Assembly (NCBI GenBank): GCA_036835225.1
Contig: DAITMI010000002.1
Span: 479-64,478 of the forward strand
DNA length: 64,000 nucleotides
Source: Rhodoferax sp.
Lineage (GTDB): Bacteria > Pseudomonadota > Gammaproteobacteria > Burkholderiales > Burkholderiaceae_C
Direction of reading: 5' to 3'
Shown here: in pieces, positions 21,294 through 31,932 of the stretch
Numbering within the stretch: the first letter of the stretch is position 1
Layout: every line of letters starts with the position of its first letter
Program-made: the position numbers and the translations under genes
Notes under the pieces: generated by a model
The model's input: the letters and a program-made list of their open reading frames with translations, nothing else
What the model was told of the DNA's origin: nothing
Database searches by the model: none

Positions 21294-21980
21294 TCAGGCA
21301 TTGGCTAACAGCCAGTCGTGCAGTTGGCGCACTGAATGGGCCACGTAGCGTGGGTTCAGGGCATTAAACGCGTCGGGTTCATGTGCGCCATAGCTCACAC
21401 CCACGCTCGGGCATCCGGCATTCAGGGCCATCTGCAAGTCATGCGTGGTGTCGCCAATCATCAGCGTGCGCGCAGGCTCCACACCAAACTCGCGCATCAG
21501 CTCCTGCAACATACGAGGATGGGGCTTGCCCGCCGTTTCATCCGCGGTGCGTGACCCATCGAACATACCCTTGAGTTCCACCGCCTGCAGTGCCTCATCT
21601 AGGCCATGCCGGCTTTTGCCGGTGGCCACCGTCAGACAATGCTGGCGCGACTTCAACTCGGTCAACATGGCCAATACCCCTTCAAACAGACTGATATCGT
21701 TCTGGTGCGCGAGGTAATGGTGTCGGTAACGCGCACCGAGCTCTGGATATTTATCCTCGGGCACATCGGGCGCCGCATGCGCCAGTGCCTGCATCAAGCC
21801 CATGCCGATGACATACGCCGCATCCCGGTCACTCGGCACCACCCCGCCCACGTCCCGCACCGCGTTCTGAATGCAGCGCGTGATGATGGCGGTGGAATCA
21901 AACAAGGTGCCATCCCAGTCAAAGGCGATCAAGTCAAATTGACGGAAAGTGGATGCATCAGGATTGAGGGGGGGTAGCAT
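21294..21980 (-). CDS. HAD-IA family hydrolase
   Basis: FDWDGTLFDS, ATGK, KPHP, IGDTTHD; start reassigned to 21980. Confidence 0.9.
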   Translation of the reverse strand: MLPPLNPDASTFRQFDLIAFDWDGTLFDSTAIITRCIQNAVRDVGGVVPSDRDAAYVIGMGLMQALAHAAPDVPEDKYPELGARYRHHYLAHQNDISLFEGVLAMLTELKSRQHCLTVATGKSRHGLDEALQAVELKGMFDGSRTADETAGKPHPRMLQELMREFGVEPARTLMIGDTTHDLQMALNAGCPSVGVSYGAHEPDAFNALNPRYVAHSVRQLHDWLLANA

Positions 21981-22998
21981 GGGTCGCAAAGGTTTCAAGT
22001 TCAGAGGGAAGCTGGGCCAGCAACTCCAGACGTTCGCCACTGGCTGGATGGTTGAACTGCAAGCGCCACGCATGCAGGAACATGCGCTTGAGGGACGGCA
22101 GTTTTCCAGCCCGCAGCAGCGTCTTGTTCAAGTCAAAGTCGCCATATTTGTCATCACCGGCAATGGGAAAGCCTTCGCTGGCGAGATGAACGCGGATCTG
22201 ATGGGTGCGCCCGGTCTTGATGGTGACTTCGAGCAAGGTAAACCCGGTCGCCATCGTCTGCCGAACCTTCACCAGGGTGACGGAAGGCATGCCGTTGGGA
22301 TCATCCCGGGACACCACCTTGACGCGCCGCTCGCCGGCGCCGGCGGTGCCCTCCTTGCCTTCAAGCAGGTATTTGTGCAGCGGTTTGTCCAGCACTTTCT
22401 TATTGGCGGGCCAGCGACCTGCCACCAGCGCCAGATAAGTCTTGCCGGTTTCACGCTCGCGAAACTGGTCTTGCAGGTTCGTCAGGGCGCTTCTCTTTTT
22501 GGCAATCAGCAAAATGCCGCTGGTTTCCCGGTCCAGCCGGTGCACCAATTCCAGGAATTTGGCTTGCGGTCGGGCCATGCGCAATTGCTCGATCACGCCA
22601 AAACTCACGCCGGAGCCGCCATGCACCGCCACGCCGGACGGTTTGTCAATGGCGAGTAGATGCTCGTCTTCAAACAGAATGGGAAAGTCCCGCGCCGGCG
22701 CGCCGCGGGCCACGCTGTCGGCCATGGCTTGCGTCTTTTCGGCTACCCGCTCAGAGATCCGCACCGGCGGCAGACGCACCACATCGCCCGCCTGCAGCCG
22801 GACATCAGCGGTCGCTCGCCCCTTGTTGACCCTGACTTCACCACTGCGGACAATGCGGTAGATGTGAGTTTTCGGTACACCCTTGAGGTGACGCATCAGA
22901 AAATTATCCAGGCGTTGCCCCGCCGAATCTTCATCGACGAGGAGCGTTTTGACTTGGGGTGCCTGCGGGGCAGGATTGCCCCCTATAATGTGTTTCAC
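21958..22998 (-). CDS. rluC: 23S rRNA pseudouridine synthase RluC
   Basis: S4 domain GQRLDNFL, HRLDRETSG, TGRTHQIRVH; divergent from rne. Confidence 0.93.
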   Translation of the reverse strand: MKHIIGGNPAPQAPQVKTLLVDEDSAGQRLDNFLMRHLKGVPKTHIYRIVRSGEVRVNKGRATADVRLQAGDVVRLPPVRISERVAEKTQAMADSVARGAPARDFPILFEDEHLLAIDKPSGVAVHGGSGVSFGVIEQLRMARPQAKFLELVHRLDRETSGILLIAKKRSALTNLQDQFRERETGKTYLALVAGRWPANKKVLDKPLHKYLLEGKEGTAGAGERRVKVVSRDDPNGMPSVTLVKVRQTMATGFTLLEVTIKTGRTHQIRVHLASEGFPIAGDDKYGDFDLNKTLLRAGKLPSLKRMFLHAWRLQFNHPASGERLELLAQLPSELETFATHATPPQS

Positions 22999-23011
22999 TA
23001 GCGATGCGCTG

Positions 23012-23024
23012 TAAGTGGTTGATT
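23012..23024. promoter_or_regulatory. IHF-binding consensus site in rluC-rne divergent region
   Basis: TAAGTGGTTGATT matches YAANNNNTTGATW exactly. Confidence 0.5.
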
Positions 23025-23310
23025 TGACTGAGAGTTAACTCATAGTTTAGGTGAAGTTTAGTTCACCCACCACCACCAGCCCCGCGAGTAAGTCGATGCC
23101 GCCGGACGTAAGTACACGCAAACCGCAAGCCAGATGCTTGGGGTGGCCTGCAAAACGAACGGTCAAGACGACGCGTTGAAATACTGATACGGAATACCCC
23201 AAAAGTTCATAGACAAATCGTCTGTGAACGGAATGAAGCGAGATGTTTGTGTTGATGAGTCTGATTCATATATGCCAACGGTGCGTTTTCGCCCCGTTTT
23301 TCGGCATGGA

Positions 23311-23362
23311 TTGGCCATCAGCCCCCGTAAAAAGGGCGCAATCAGCTATTACTTTAATAGCA
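23311..23362 (+). repeat. Motif A copy 5 (rne upstream region)
   Basis: ttggccatcagcccccgtaaaaagggcgcaatcagctattactttaatagca. Confidence 0.8.
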
Positions 23363-23524
23363 CTTCCACAACCCAACCTCCTCGCATCCCTCCACGCGCC
23401 AACGCCAAGACTTATCGTTTAAGTCTCGGTTCTCCGGCAATTCCTCCTCACTTCAAAGCGTCAGTTCTGGTATCAAAAGCTCGTCAAGAGCATGTTTGTT
23501 ATTTGAATTGAAGGAATGCTACCC

Positions 23525-26512
23525 ATGAAACGGATGCTGATTAACGCCACGCAGGCTGAAGAACGCCGCTTGGCCATTGTTGACGGACAAAAACTCCTCG
23601 ACTACGAAATTGAAATTGAAGGACGCGAACAGCGCAAGGGCAATATCTACAAGGCCGTTGTCACCCGTGTCGAGCCATCGCTGGAAGCCTGTTTTATTGA
23701 CTACGGTGAAGACCGCCACGGCTTCTTGCCATTCAAGGAAATTTCACGGCAGTATTTCCAGCAAGGTGCGGCCGTCGGCCAGGCCCGCATCCAGGACGCC
23801 ATCCGCGAAGGCCAGGAACTGTTGGTGCAAGTGGAAAAAGAAGAACGCGGCAACAAGGGCGCGGCACTGACCACGTTCGTGTCGCTGGCTGGCCGTTATG
23901 TTGTGCTGATGCCCAACAACCCGCGCGGTGGTGGCGTCTCGCGCCGTATCGAAGGCGAAGACCGCGCCGACCTCAAGGAAGCGCTGGATCAGCTCGAATA
24001 CCCGAATGGCATGAGCATTATTGCGCGCACCGCCGGCATTGGCCGCAGCGCGCCGGAACTGCAGTGGGACCTGAACTACCTGCTCAAGCTGTGGAACGCC
24101 ATTGACGGTGCCGCCAAGGGTGGCAAGGGCGCTTACCTGATTTACCAGGAATCCAGTCTCGTCATCCGCGCTATCCGTGACTATTTCAACAACGACATCG
24201 GCGACATCCTGATCGACACCGACGACGTGTACGAGCAGGCGCAGCAGTTCATGGCCCACGTCATGCCCGAACACGCCGCCCGCGTCAAGCGCTACCGCGA
24301 CGATGCGCCGCTGTTCAGCCGCTTCCAGATTGAACACCAGATCGAATCGGCCTACGCCCGTACCGTGCAGTTGCCCAGCGGCGGCGCCATCGTGATCGAC
24401 CACACCGAAGCACTCGTTTCGGTGGACGTGAACTCGGCGCGCGCCATCAAAGGTGGCGACATCGAAGAAACCGCCACCCGCACCAATCTGGAGGCCGCCG
24501 ACGAAGTGGCGCGCCAGATGCGCCTGCGCGATTTGGGCGGCCTGATCGTAATCGACTTTATCGACATGGAAGAAAGCCGCAACCGCCGTGACGTCGAAAA
24601 CCGCCTGCGTGACGCGCTGCGGCAGGACCGCGCCCGTGTCCAGTTCGGCACCATCAGCAAATTTGGTCTGATGGAAATGAGCCGCCAGCGCCTGCGTCCC
24701 GCGTTGAGCGAGGGTGCCTCCATCCCCTGCCCGCGCTGCGGTGGCGCTGGCCACATCCGCGACACTGAATCCAGTGCGCTGCAAATCTTGCGCATCATCC
24801 AGGAAGAGTCCCTGAAGGACAACACCGCGTCGGTGCTGTGCCAGGTGCCAGTGGATGTCGCCTCGTTCCTGCTGAATGAAAAGCGCACCGAGATCGCCAA
24901 GATCGAACTCAAGCAGCGCATCAACGTGCTGATGGTGCCCAACAAGACACTGGAAACCCCGAACTACAAGCTGGAGCGTCTCAAGCACGACGACCCCCGT
25001 TTGGACAACATTGAAGCCAGCTACAAGATGGCGGATGAAATGGAGGACGCCACCTCGGTGACGCGTCGCTCGCAGGAGCCAACCAACAAGCAGACCCCGA
25101 TCATCAAGGGCGTGTTGCCCGATGCACCGGCACCTGCGGCCGCTCCCCGACCTGAACCGGTCAAGCCGCCTGTGACGGCTGCACCACGCACCGCGCACAA
25201 GCCCGCCCCGGTTGCGGCAGCGCCGGTGCCGGCCGAAAAAGGCTTCTTTGGCTGGATCAAGCAATTGTTTGCCCCGACGCCTGTGGCAGTGCCACCAGCC
25301 AAGCCCGAGGCAGAAACCGGCAAGGACGACAAGCGCGAGGGTCGCGGTGGCCGCGATGGGGCGCGTCGTGGCGAGCCCCGTGGCGATGGTCGCACTGAAG
25401 AAGGTCGTGGTGGACGTGGTGGCCGCGGCGAAGGTCGCGGTGACGGCCGTGGTGGTCGCGGCGGCCGAGGCGGTCGCGGTGAGCGCCCGGCGCAGGGCTC
25501 ACGCGAGCGTTTCGACGCCGAAGGCAAGCCGATCATGACCGACACCGGCGCCAATATGGCCCAGGCATCGGTGCAAGGGCCAGGCCAGGAGGCAGCACGA
25601 ACAGAACCAGGGCAAGAGCGCCCACCCCGCGATGCAGAGCGCGGCGGGCGGGGTGAACGCAGTAGCCGGGGTGGACGTGGCCGCGGCGAGCCGCGTACCG
25701 ACAATATCGAACCGGGCAACCTGAATGAGCGCGGCGAGCCGCGGGCAGAGGGACGCCATGAGCGCCGCCCTGATCGCAACCGTCGTCCAGACGAAAACGC
25801 CCGGACCGAGGCGGCCAGCGGCGACGTCAACCGTGCCACGGCCGACTCCGTGGTCGAGCGCACAGCGCCTGTCGCACACGATGTGACATCAAGCACCGAG
25901 CAAGGCCACCCGGTCGCCGGTGAAGTGGGGGCCCGTGCGGAGGGCGCAGAGCCACGCGAAAAGCGCCCGCGTGGTGACCGCCAGGGCCGGGAACGTAGCC
26001 CCCGCGGCGAGCGTACCGAGCAGGGTGACCGGCAGGAACGACCCGCGCGTGACAGTCAGTCCTTGCCAGAAGAGGCGGCAGCAGAACCTCGCCGGTCCTA
26101 CTTCACCGCCAGCACGGAGAGCCCCGCCACTGAGACAGCAGTCGCTGCACCCGTTACCCTTGTTGTAGAAGCAGCGCCTTTGGCAACACCGGCCGCGCCA
26201 AAACCGGCGCAAACACCGGCAACCGCGCCGGTGGAAGCAATAGCCACTGGCATGCCTCAACTGCAGCCCTTTGCGCTGCCCCTGGCCGAATTGGCGCAAG
26301 TCGCCCAGAGTTCCGGCTTGAACTGGGTGAACTCGGACGCTGACAAAATTGCAGCAGTCCAGGCCGCCATCGCCGCTGAGCCCAAGGCCGTTCGCGTGCC
26401 GCGCGAACGGCCTACGGTGGTGCAAATGGATGCCGGTCCACTGGTTCTGGTGGAAACTAAACGCGATTTAAGCGCTATGACCTTGCCTTTTGAGGAAAAG
26501 GGAGCGCAGTAA
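23525..26512 (+). CDS. rne: Ribonuclease E
   Basis: [11 protein letters not shown]1 domain, DVNS, CPRC zinc link, disordered R/G-rich C-terminal half. Confidence 0.97.
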   Translation: MKRMLINATQAEERRLAIVDGQKLLDYEIEIEGREQRKGNIYKAVVTRVEPSLEACFIDYGEDRHGFLPFKEISRQYFQQGAAVGQARIQDAIREGQELLVQVEKEERGNKGAALTTFVSLAGRYVVLMPNNPRGGGVSRRIEGEDRADLKEALDQLEYPNGMSIIARTAGIGRSAPELQWDLNYLLKLWNAIDGAAKGGKGAYLIYQESSLVIRAIRDYFNNDIGDILIDTDDVYEQAQQFMAHVMPEHAARVKRYRDDAPLFSRFQIEHQIESAYARTVQLPSGGAIVIDHTEALVSVDVNSARAIKGGDIEETATRTNLEAADEVARQMRLRDLGGLIVIDFIDMEESRNRRDVENRLRDALRQDRARVQFGTISKFGLMEMSRQRLRPALSEGASIPCPRCGGAGHIRDTESSALQILRIIQEESLKDNTASVLCQVPVDVASFLLNEKRTEIAKIELKQRINVLMVPNKTLETPNYKLERLKHDDPRLDNIEASYKMADEMEDATSVTRRSQEPTNKQTPIIKGVLPDAPAPAAAPRPEPVKPPVTAAPRTAHKPAPVAAAPVPAEKGFFGWIKQLFAPTPVAVPPAKPEAETGKDDKREGRGGRDGARRGEPRGDGRTEEGRGGRGGRGEGRGDGRGGRGGRGGRGERPAQGSRERFDAEGKPIMTDTGANMAQASVQGPGQEAARTEPGQERPPRDAERGGRGERSSRGGRGRGEPRTDNIEPGNLNERGEPRAEGRHERRPDRNRRPDENARTEAASGDVNRATADSVVERTAPVAHDVTSSTEQGHPVAGEVGARAEGAEPREKRPRGDRQGRERSPRGERTEQGDRQERPARDSQSLPEEAAAEPRRSYFTASTESPATETAVAAPVTLVVEAAPLATPAAPKPAQTPATAPVEAIATGMPQLQPFALPLAELAQVAQSSGLNWVNSDADKIAAVQAAIAAEPKAVRVPRERPTVVQMDAGPLVLVETKRDLSAMTLPFEEKGAQ

Positions 26513-26544
26513 GTCAAACAGGTGCCCTCCCGGGCACCCGCAAG

Positions 26545-26574
26545 AAAAAGGGCACTTCGAGTGCCCTTTTTTTT
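26545..26574. terminator. Bidirectional intrinsic terminator
   Basis: aaaaagggcac-ttcga-gtgccctttttttt between convergent genes. Confidence 0.85.
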
Positions 26575-26589
26575 ACCCGTCAATCCTTA

Positions 26590-27663
26590 TCAAAAGAGAT
26601 CGACACCCCCGACCCTGGGGATTTCTCCCAAAAAACCCCGCCGAACCAAGCCAAGGTGGCTGCACACCCTGTTGCGACCACTTCTTTGGGCAAAGTCAAC
26701 GGCACGCTGCGTTTTCTCAAGTGCGCTGCTGGGGGAATCATCCGCCATCACACTGGTAAAGCCACAGCTAACCGTCACCCGGCCCACCTGCGGAAAATTG
26801 AATTTTTCAACATTGGTGCGAAAACGCTCGAACGCTGCCAACACCAGGGACTCATCCGGGCAGTGCATCAAGACACCAAAATGCTCCCCGCCAAAGCGGT
26901 AGATACGGTCATAGGTGCGAAACGTGTTGTTCATCACGCGCGCCACCAGCAACAGCACCTCTTCCGCGATCAGATGCCCATGCTTGTCGTTGATCAGATC
27001 AAAGTTGTCGATGCTTGCCGAGCCCAGCCAGTAATTGGCCGGCACCCGGTGACGCCGTTCGGGATTCTGACCCACCGGTTTTCCCTCCATCTCGGCGTCC
27101 CCGGTGGCACCGGCGAGTTCCTCCAGTACCGCGCTGTAAAACGCATCATCCAGTGACTTGCGGTTCAGCAAGCCGGTTAGGGCGTCGCGGTCGCTGTACT
27201 CCAGCAAGGCGTACATATTGCGGTAAATACGCCGCAATTGTTCGATCGTCAAAAGTTCATCGGCGGTCAGCGCCGCCTCCGAATGAACCTCGATTACCCC
27301 TTCGTCATCCTTGCGTGAATCAGAAAACAGCGGCAGCATGTGGATGCGTGGGCCCTCTTCCCCGGCCCACGCGATTTCAACCATTTCACGGCGCGCAAGA
27401 CACTTAAGACGATCGGGGGCATCGTCCAGGTGCGGCAGTGTCGAGAAGTCCACGCGCAGGGGGTCAACCACTTTGCCGCCGCCTTTGGCATCCAGACGGG
27501 CCACTTCGAGCCATCGCTTGTCGCCCTCTAAGCTCATGACACGGGCAATGACGATGCGCTGAATCGGGAGCAGATCAATCAAGGCCTTGGACAGCGTGAG
27601 TTCCAGCAAATCCCGATCCCGGTGGTCGGTCAGCTTCAAAATGTGGTCGATCAAGGTACTCAT
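26590..27663 (-). CDS. Degenerate GGDEF-domain protein
   Basis: DALTGLLNR, RTYD (RxxD) then RFGGEHF, SGRNRV; start reassigned to MSTLIDH. Confidence 0.85.
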   Translation of the reverse strand: MSTLIDHILKLTDHRDRDLLELTLSKALIDLLPIQRIVIARVMSLEGDKRWLEVARLDAKGGGKVVDPLRVDFSTLPHLDDAPDRLKCLARREMVEIAWAGEEGPRIHMLPLFSDSRKDDEGVIEVHSEAALTADELLTIEQLRRIYRNMYALLEYSDRDALTGLLNRKSLDDAFYSAVLEELAGATGDAEMEGKPVGQNPERRHRVPANYWLGSASIDNFDLINDKHGHLIAEEVLLLVARVMNNTFRTYDRIYRFGGEHFGVLMHCPDESLVLAAFERFRTNVEKFNFPQVGRVTVSCGFTSVMADDSPSSALEKTQRAVDFAQRSGRNRVCSHLGLVRRGFLGEIPRVGGVDLF

Positions 27664-27697
27664 ATGTTTAACATGATAGCCCTGACTGGCAACCGAG

Positions 27698-28987
27698 TCA
27701 CGCAGTTGCCGCCGCCTTTGCCGCGTTTTGCCACGCTTGTGTCGCAGCGACGACCTCGCCGCGCCGCTCGGCCAACTCAGCCAAGGCCTGCCAGGCATTT
27801 CGCTGCAAGCCGGCGTCCTGCAGCCTTGGCAAAGACTGTTTGAGTAACTGCTGCGCCTTGCCCCACAACTGCAAGCGCATGCAGGTGATTCCTGCCAGGT
27901 ACTGCAAGGCAGCATCGCCTGGATTGGCCATCTGCGCTTGCTCGATCCGGGTCAACCATGCCGCTTCGGGTGCACCGCAGGCCAGCGCAAAACTGCTTTC
28001 CAGGACCCGAATGAGGTGGATGCGCTGCACGTCCGTCAAAGCCCCGGCTTGCGCTACCATGCGCTCCCAGACCGGCAGCAACCAAGTACGGGCCACATTG
28101 ACATCACCGCCCAGCTTCAACATCCTGCTGCCTGCTTCGATGGCGACCTCAGGCGTCAGCCGTTCCGCCGCATCCAGCTGCCGCCACACCGATTGCAACT
28201 GGTCTGGGTCGTAAGCGGTCAGCAGCAACTCCAGCGCCAGACCGCGCAGAATTCCCTGCGCCGCCACTTCAGAAAACGCGCGATGCTTGGCCAGCAGGCG
28301 TGCCGTTTCCAGCGCCAGCCGGGTCTGACGCGCCATCCGCGCGGCCTTCAAGCGCAAGCGCAAGGCAATCGTTCGCCGGGAGGCCCCTTGCGGCAGATCA
28401 TCCAGCCATTGCAGTGCGCCTTGGGCATCGTGGTCTTCCAGCGCCCAGCGCGCCGCACGCAACTGCACGCCCTCGCGGACTTCCTGCGCATCGGGCCGCG
28501 AAGCCTGCTCCAACGCCTGGCGGAAATGATCCTCCCGGGCCGATTTGTCCTGCAGCGCCTGGGCGCTTTCGGCGGCCAGCAAATGGGACAGGGCGCGCAG
28601 GCGCCCCGAATAGGCCAGTGTTTCACCGCTGCGCGTCATCGCAGTCTCACGCGCCAACACCACCTCAGAAGCTTTTTTGGCCCGGATAAACCGCCCGGCC
28701 ATCAAATGCGAGAGTGCATCCAGCAAAGCAACGTGCATGGCGCGCTCCTGATGCTGAATGCGCCAGGAACGCGCGTGGCCCGGCATGGCAAACAGAGCCG
28801 CCAGTGCGCGCAAGGCAACATGCAGGGTGAAAAACAACAGCGCCAGCAGCAGCACCACCAGATTGAGCGACAGGTCAAGCCGGTACGGCGGCCAGAATAC
28901 CGTGATCGTGCCCTGGTTATTGCCAGCAAAAAGTGCGACCGCGACCGCCATGCCAAACAATGCCAAAAACCACAGAGCGGCCCGCAT
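27698..28987 (-). CDS. hemY: Heme biosynthesis-associated protein HemY (TPR type)
   Basis: N-terminal TMs with PPYRLDLSLN, helical repeats; after hemX. Confidence 0.88.
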   Translation of the reverse strand: MRAALWFLALFGMAVAVALFAGNNQGTITVFWPPYRLDLSLNLVVLLLALLFFTLHVALRALAALFAMPGHARSWRIQHQERAMHVALLDALSHLMAGRFIRAKKASEVVLARETAMTRSGETLAYSGRLRALSHLLAAESAQALQDKSAREDHFRQALEQASRPDAQEVREGVQLRAARWALEDHDAQGALQWLDDLPQGASRRTIALRLRLKAARMARQTRLALETARLLAKHRAFSEVAAQGILRGLALELLLTAYDPDQLQSVWRQLDAAERLTPEVAIEAGSRMLKLGGDVNVARTWLLPVWERMVAQAGALTDVQRIHLIRVLESSFALACGAPEAAWLTRIEQAQMANPGDAALQYLAGITCMRLQLWGKAQQLLKQSLPRLQDAGLQRNAWQALAELAERRGEVVAATQAWQNAAKAAATA

Positions 28988-28989
28988 AG

Positions 28990-30066
28990 CTACCTTCCAG
29001 CCGCCGCGGTGGCGAGGGCAGCGAGCGTTTCATTGACGTGGGGCAATTGCAGCATCTTCATCTGTGCCTGTACCTGCTGCAGCAAGGTAGCGGCAGCCTG
29101 CGTCTTGCGCGAGTTCGCATCGAAGTACTTGTTCAGCGACACCGAGGCGGCCGCCAGATCAGCCCGCGACGACTCCAGCTGCCGAGCCAACAGCCCCAGC
29201 CGGGCGTTGAGCAATTTGAGTTTGAAATTTTCCCGCAAGAAAAATGACTGCTCAGGCGACAGCAGCGCAGCCTCAGGCTGCTCAATCCGGCTGACCCGTA
29301 CCAGCTTGCGCGCCTCGTCAAGCACCACCTGCAAACTGCGGTGCCACCATGCGGGCATGGCATCAAGATGCTGGCCCTTGATGGAGGCCGTGCCGTTGGC
29401 CAGCACCACCGCATTGGACAACACCAAGTCATCGGCCAAGCGCACCAGCTCATCAAGCTTCACCAAAAGCCCCTGGGTGTCGCTGACGGCTGCCGACTTG
29501 ACCCGCTCAATGTCCCGCGCAAGAGCCCGCTGCAAGGGTGACAAGCGGGGCTGGGCCGCTCGCGCCACCCGCTGCTCTGCACTTTTCAGCGCTGCCAGCA
29601 GCGGCTCGACGCTGCCCGTGAGTTGGGCCTGCTGCTGTGCCAGACGGATAGACGACTCAATATCAACCACCAGATTTTCATCGCGTGAGCGTGACAGACT
29701 CTGCATCAAATCTTCAAGTTGCGTTCGTTGCAACGCAATCTCACTCAAACGAGCCTCATAAACGGCCACCCGCGCCGCCGTTTCGCGCGCCAACTCTTGC
29801 GCCTGTTTGGCAAGGGCACGGGCCTCCACCGACTGGGCGCCTGCCTCGGCGCTCTGCCGTGCCAACAGCTCCTGAATGGAGGATATCTTTTGCCACAGAA
29901 AACCACTGGCCAACAAGGCGGCCAGCGCCACCGCAGCCAAGCCCATCAGGAGCCCGCGCGGCCCGGACGACGCTGACACGGCAGGGGCCGCCTGAAGGTC
30001 CGCCGTCACCTGGGACACATCGCCTGCGGCGCGGTCAGCTGTTTCGGCGTTGAGATCGGAGTTCAT
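28990..30066 (-). CDS. hemX: HemX family protein
   Basis: TM plus coiled coil, LLSPEQSFFLRENFKLKLLNAR. Confidence 0.88.
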   Translation of the reverse strand: MNSDLNAETADRAAGDVSQVTADLQAAPAVSASSGPRGLLMGLAAVALAALLASGFLWQKISSIQELLARQSAEAGAQSVEARALAKQAQELARETAARVAVYEARLSEIALQRTQLEDLMQSLSRSRDENLVVDIESSIRLAQQQAQLTGSVEPLLAALKSAEQRVARAAQPRLSPLQRALARDIERVKSAAVSDTQGLLVKLDELVRLADDLVLSNAVVLANGTASIKGQHLDAMPAWWHRSLQVVLDEARKLVRVSRIEQPEAALLSPEQSFFLRENFKLKLLNARLGLLARQLESSRADLAAASVSLNKYFDANSRKTQAAATLLQQVQAQMKMLQLPHVNETLAALATAAAGR

Positions 30067-30875
30067 GGCAGGATTTTAAAGTGTTGGGGATTTAGCGATG
30101 CCACCACGTCGGGCAGTGTCGGACGTGACTCACAAACAACGCCAAAACCTGCCTCTCGGGCTGCGGCCGCGATCCGCGGGTGGGTTGCCAGGGCACGCGC
30201 CTGGGCCCAACTTTGCCCCGGCAGCGCGGCACGCAGATTGGCCAGCGCCTCCGTGCTGCTGAACAGCCAGACCGAGCCATCACCGGCCGCCGTGCGCGCC
30301 AGCGCGCCTTCAGCGCAGCTGAATTCAGGCGCGTCACGCTGGTAAGCCACGACAAACTCAGCCGTGGCCCCGGCTTGCGCCACGCGGTTGGCGAACCACT
30401 CGCGCCCCATGCCTTGCCCGCCGCTGGCGCTGCCCGCCCGGTCGCCACCGCGCACGATCAACACCCGATCGCCCGGCTGCACTTGGGCGCCAACCACTTG
30501 CCACAGGGCTTCGGAATCAAATTGACCCGCATCCAGTGACGGGGCATCCAGCCGGTCCGCTGCCACGCCCGCGCGCAACAAGGCCCGGGCGGTGCCGGGA
30601 CCGGTGGCCCACGCTCTTGTTTTGATAGCTGCTGGCGCACTGAAATTGGGGGCTAGAGTCGGTTTTGATGCAAAGAAATGTTCTACCGCATTGCCACTGA
30701 CAAACATCACGCCCACATAGTCAGCCAGATGCTGCCACGCTTGTACCAAGTGCAGCGGGTCGTCCACCGGACCGACTTTGATCAGGGGGAGCGCCACGGC
30801 ATCCAGACCGATCGCTGACAAATCAAGCACCCATCGTTGCGCCTCGCGCTGGGGGCGGGTAACGATGACCCGCAT
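30063..30875 (-). CDS. hemD: Uroporphyrinogen-III synthase
   Basis: VIVTRP, FVSGNAV, GPGT, FDSEAL, AYQR. Confidence 0.92.
   Translation of the reverse strand: MRVIVTRPQREAQRWVLDLSAIGLDAVALPLIKVGPVDDPLHLVQAWQHLADYVGVMFVSGNAVEHFFASKPTLAPNFSAPAAIKTRAWATGPGTARALLRAGVAADRLDAPSLDAGQFDSEALWQVVGAQVQPGDRVLIVRGGDRAGSASGGQGMGREWFANRVAQAGATAEFVVAYQRDAPEFSCAEGALARTAAGDGSVWLFSSTEALANLRAALPGQSWAQARALATHPRIAAAAREAGFGVVCESRPTLPDVVASLNPQHFKILP
30612..30663 (-). repeat. Motif A copy 6 (inside hemD)
   Basis: Reverse complement: accgactctagcccccaatttcagtgcgccagcagctatcaaaacaagagcg. Confidence 0.75.
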
Positions 30876-30877
30876 GG

Positions 30878-31831
30878 TCAGGCCCGAGCCGCAGCCTCAT
30901 CCGGCGCCAGGATGGCGCCCCCGTTTGCCACCACACTTGCGCGCAGATCGGCCGCCACCCGCTCGCCCAGCGCCGTCGCACTGGCCAGGTCGGTGACCGA
31001 TGCGTGCATCCGCACGCACACCAGCGCCAGCACGCCCTCGGGATCGCCCCAAGCGGCGTCGAGGGTCAGGGTGTCGGCTTCCAGTGTGGCAAACGCGGCC
31101 AACGGCATCGAGCAACTGCCGCCCATGGCGCGGCTCACCGCCCGCTCGGCCGCCACCGCCAGCCAGCTGGTGTGGTGCGCCAGCGGCGCCAGGGCATCGA
31201 TCACCTCTTGGCGGTTGCCGCGCACCTCAATACCGAGCGCGCCTTGCCCGGCGGCCGGCAACATCACGTCCGGCTCGAAAATGTCGCGAATGCGCTGCGC
31301 CAGACCCAGCCGCTTCAAGCCGGCCGCTGCCAGCACGATGGCGTCATACAAGCCATCATCGAGCTTGCTCAATCGCGTGTCCAGGTTGCCCCGCAAGGGC
31401 TCGATTTTCAGGTCCGGGCGCCGGGCGTGCAGCAGGGCCATGCGGCGCAAGCTGGAGGTACCAACCACGGCACCCTGCGGCAGGCTGGCCAGATTTGCAT
31501 AGCGGTTGGAGACAAAGGCATCGCGCGGGTCTTCGCGTTCCATCACGCACGCGAGCACAAATCCCTCGGGCAGTTCCATCGGTACATCTTTGAGCGAGTG
31601 CACGGCCAGGTCAGCCCGACCTTCTTCCAACGCCACTTCGAGTTCTTTCACAAACAAGCCCTTGCCGCCCACTTTGCTCAGTGAGCGATCCAGAATTTGG
31701 TCCCCCTTGGTGGTCATGCCCAGCAGGCTCACCTGGTGCCCGCGCTGCTCCAGCAGCGCCTTGACGTGCTGGGCCTGCCATAGGGCCAGGCGGCTTTCTC
31801 GTGTTGCTATCGTGATCGTCAAATTGCTCAT
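30878..31831 (-). CDS. hemC: Hydroxymethylbilane synthase
   Basis: [36 protein letters not shown]. Confidence 0.97.
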   Translation of the reverse strand: MSNLTITIATRESRLALWQAQHVKALLEQRGHQVSLLGMTTKGDQILDRSLSKVGGKGLFVKELEVALEEGRADLAVHSLKDVPMELPEGFVLACVMEREDPRDAFVSNRYANLASLPQGAVVGTSSLRRMALLHARRPDLKIEPLRGNLDTRLSKLDDGLYDAIVLAAAGLKRLGLAQRIRDIFEPDVMLPAAGQGALGIEVRGNRQEVIDALAPLAHHTSWLAVAAERAVSRAMGGSCSMPLAAFATLEADTLTLDAAWGDPEGVLALVCVRMHASVTDLASATALGERVAADLRASVVANGGAILAPDEAAARA

Positions 31832-31932
31832 ACGCGGGGCTCAAGGTCGTAACCGGTTGGTAATCTAGGGACAGCTGGGAATGCTAGCATGGCCGGAGTC
31901 GCAAACTTGAGTAACCCCCTTTGAATAACGCC

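Noticed and set aside
25330..26050. RGG/REGR low-complexity repeats
   Set aside because: Normal disordered RNA-binding C-terminal region of RNase E
26590..27915. 441-aa version of the GGDEF ORF overlapping hemY
   Set aside because: The N-terminal 84 aa look like off-frame hemY sequence; a better start lies at 27663
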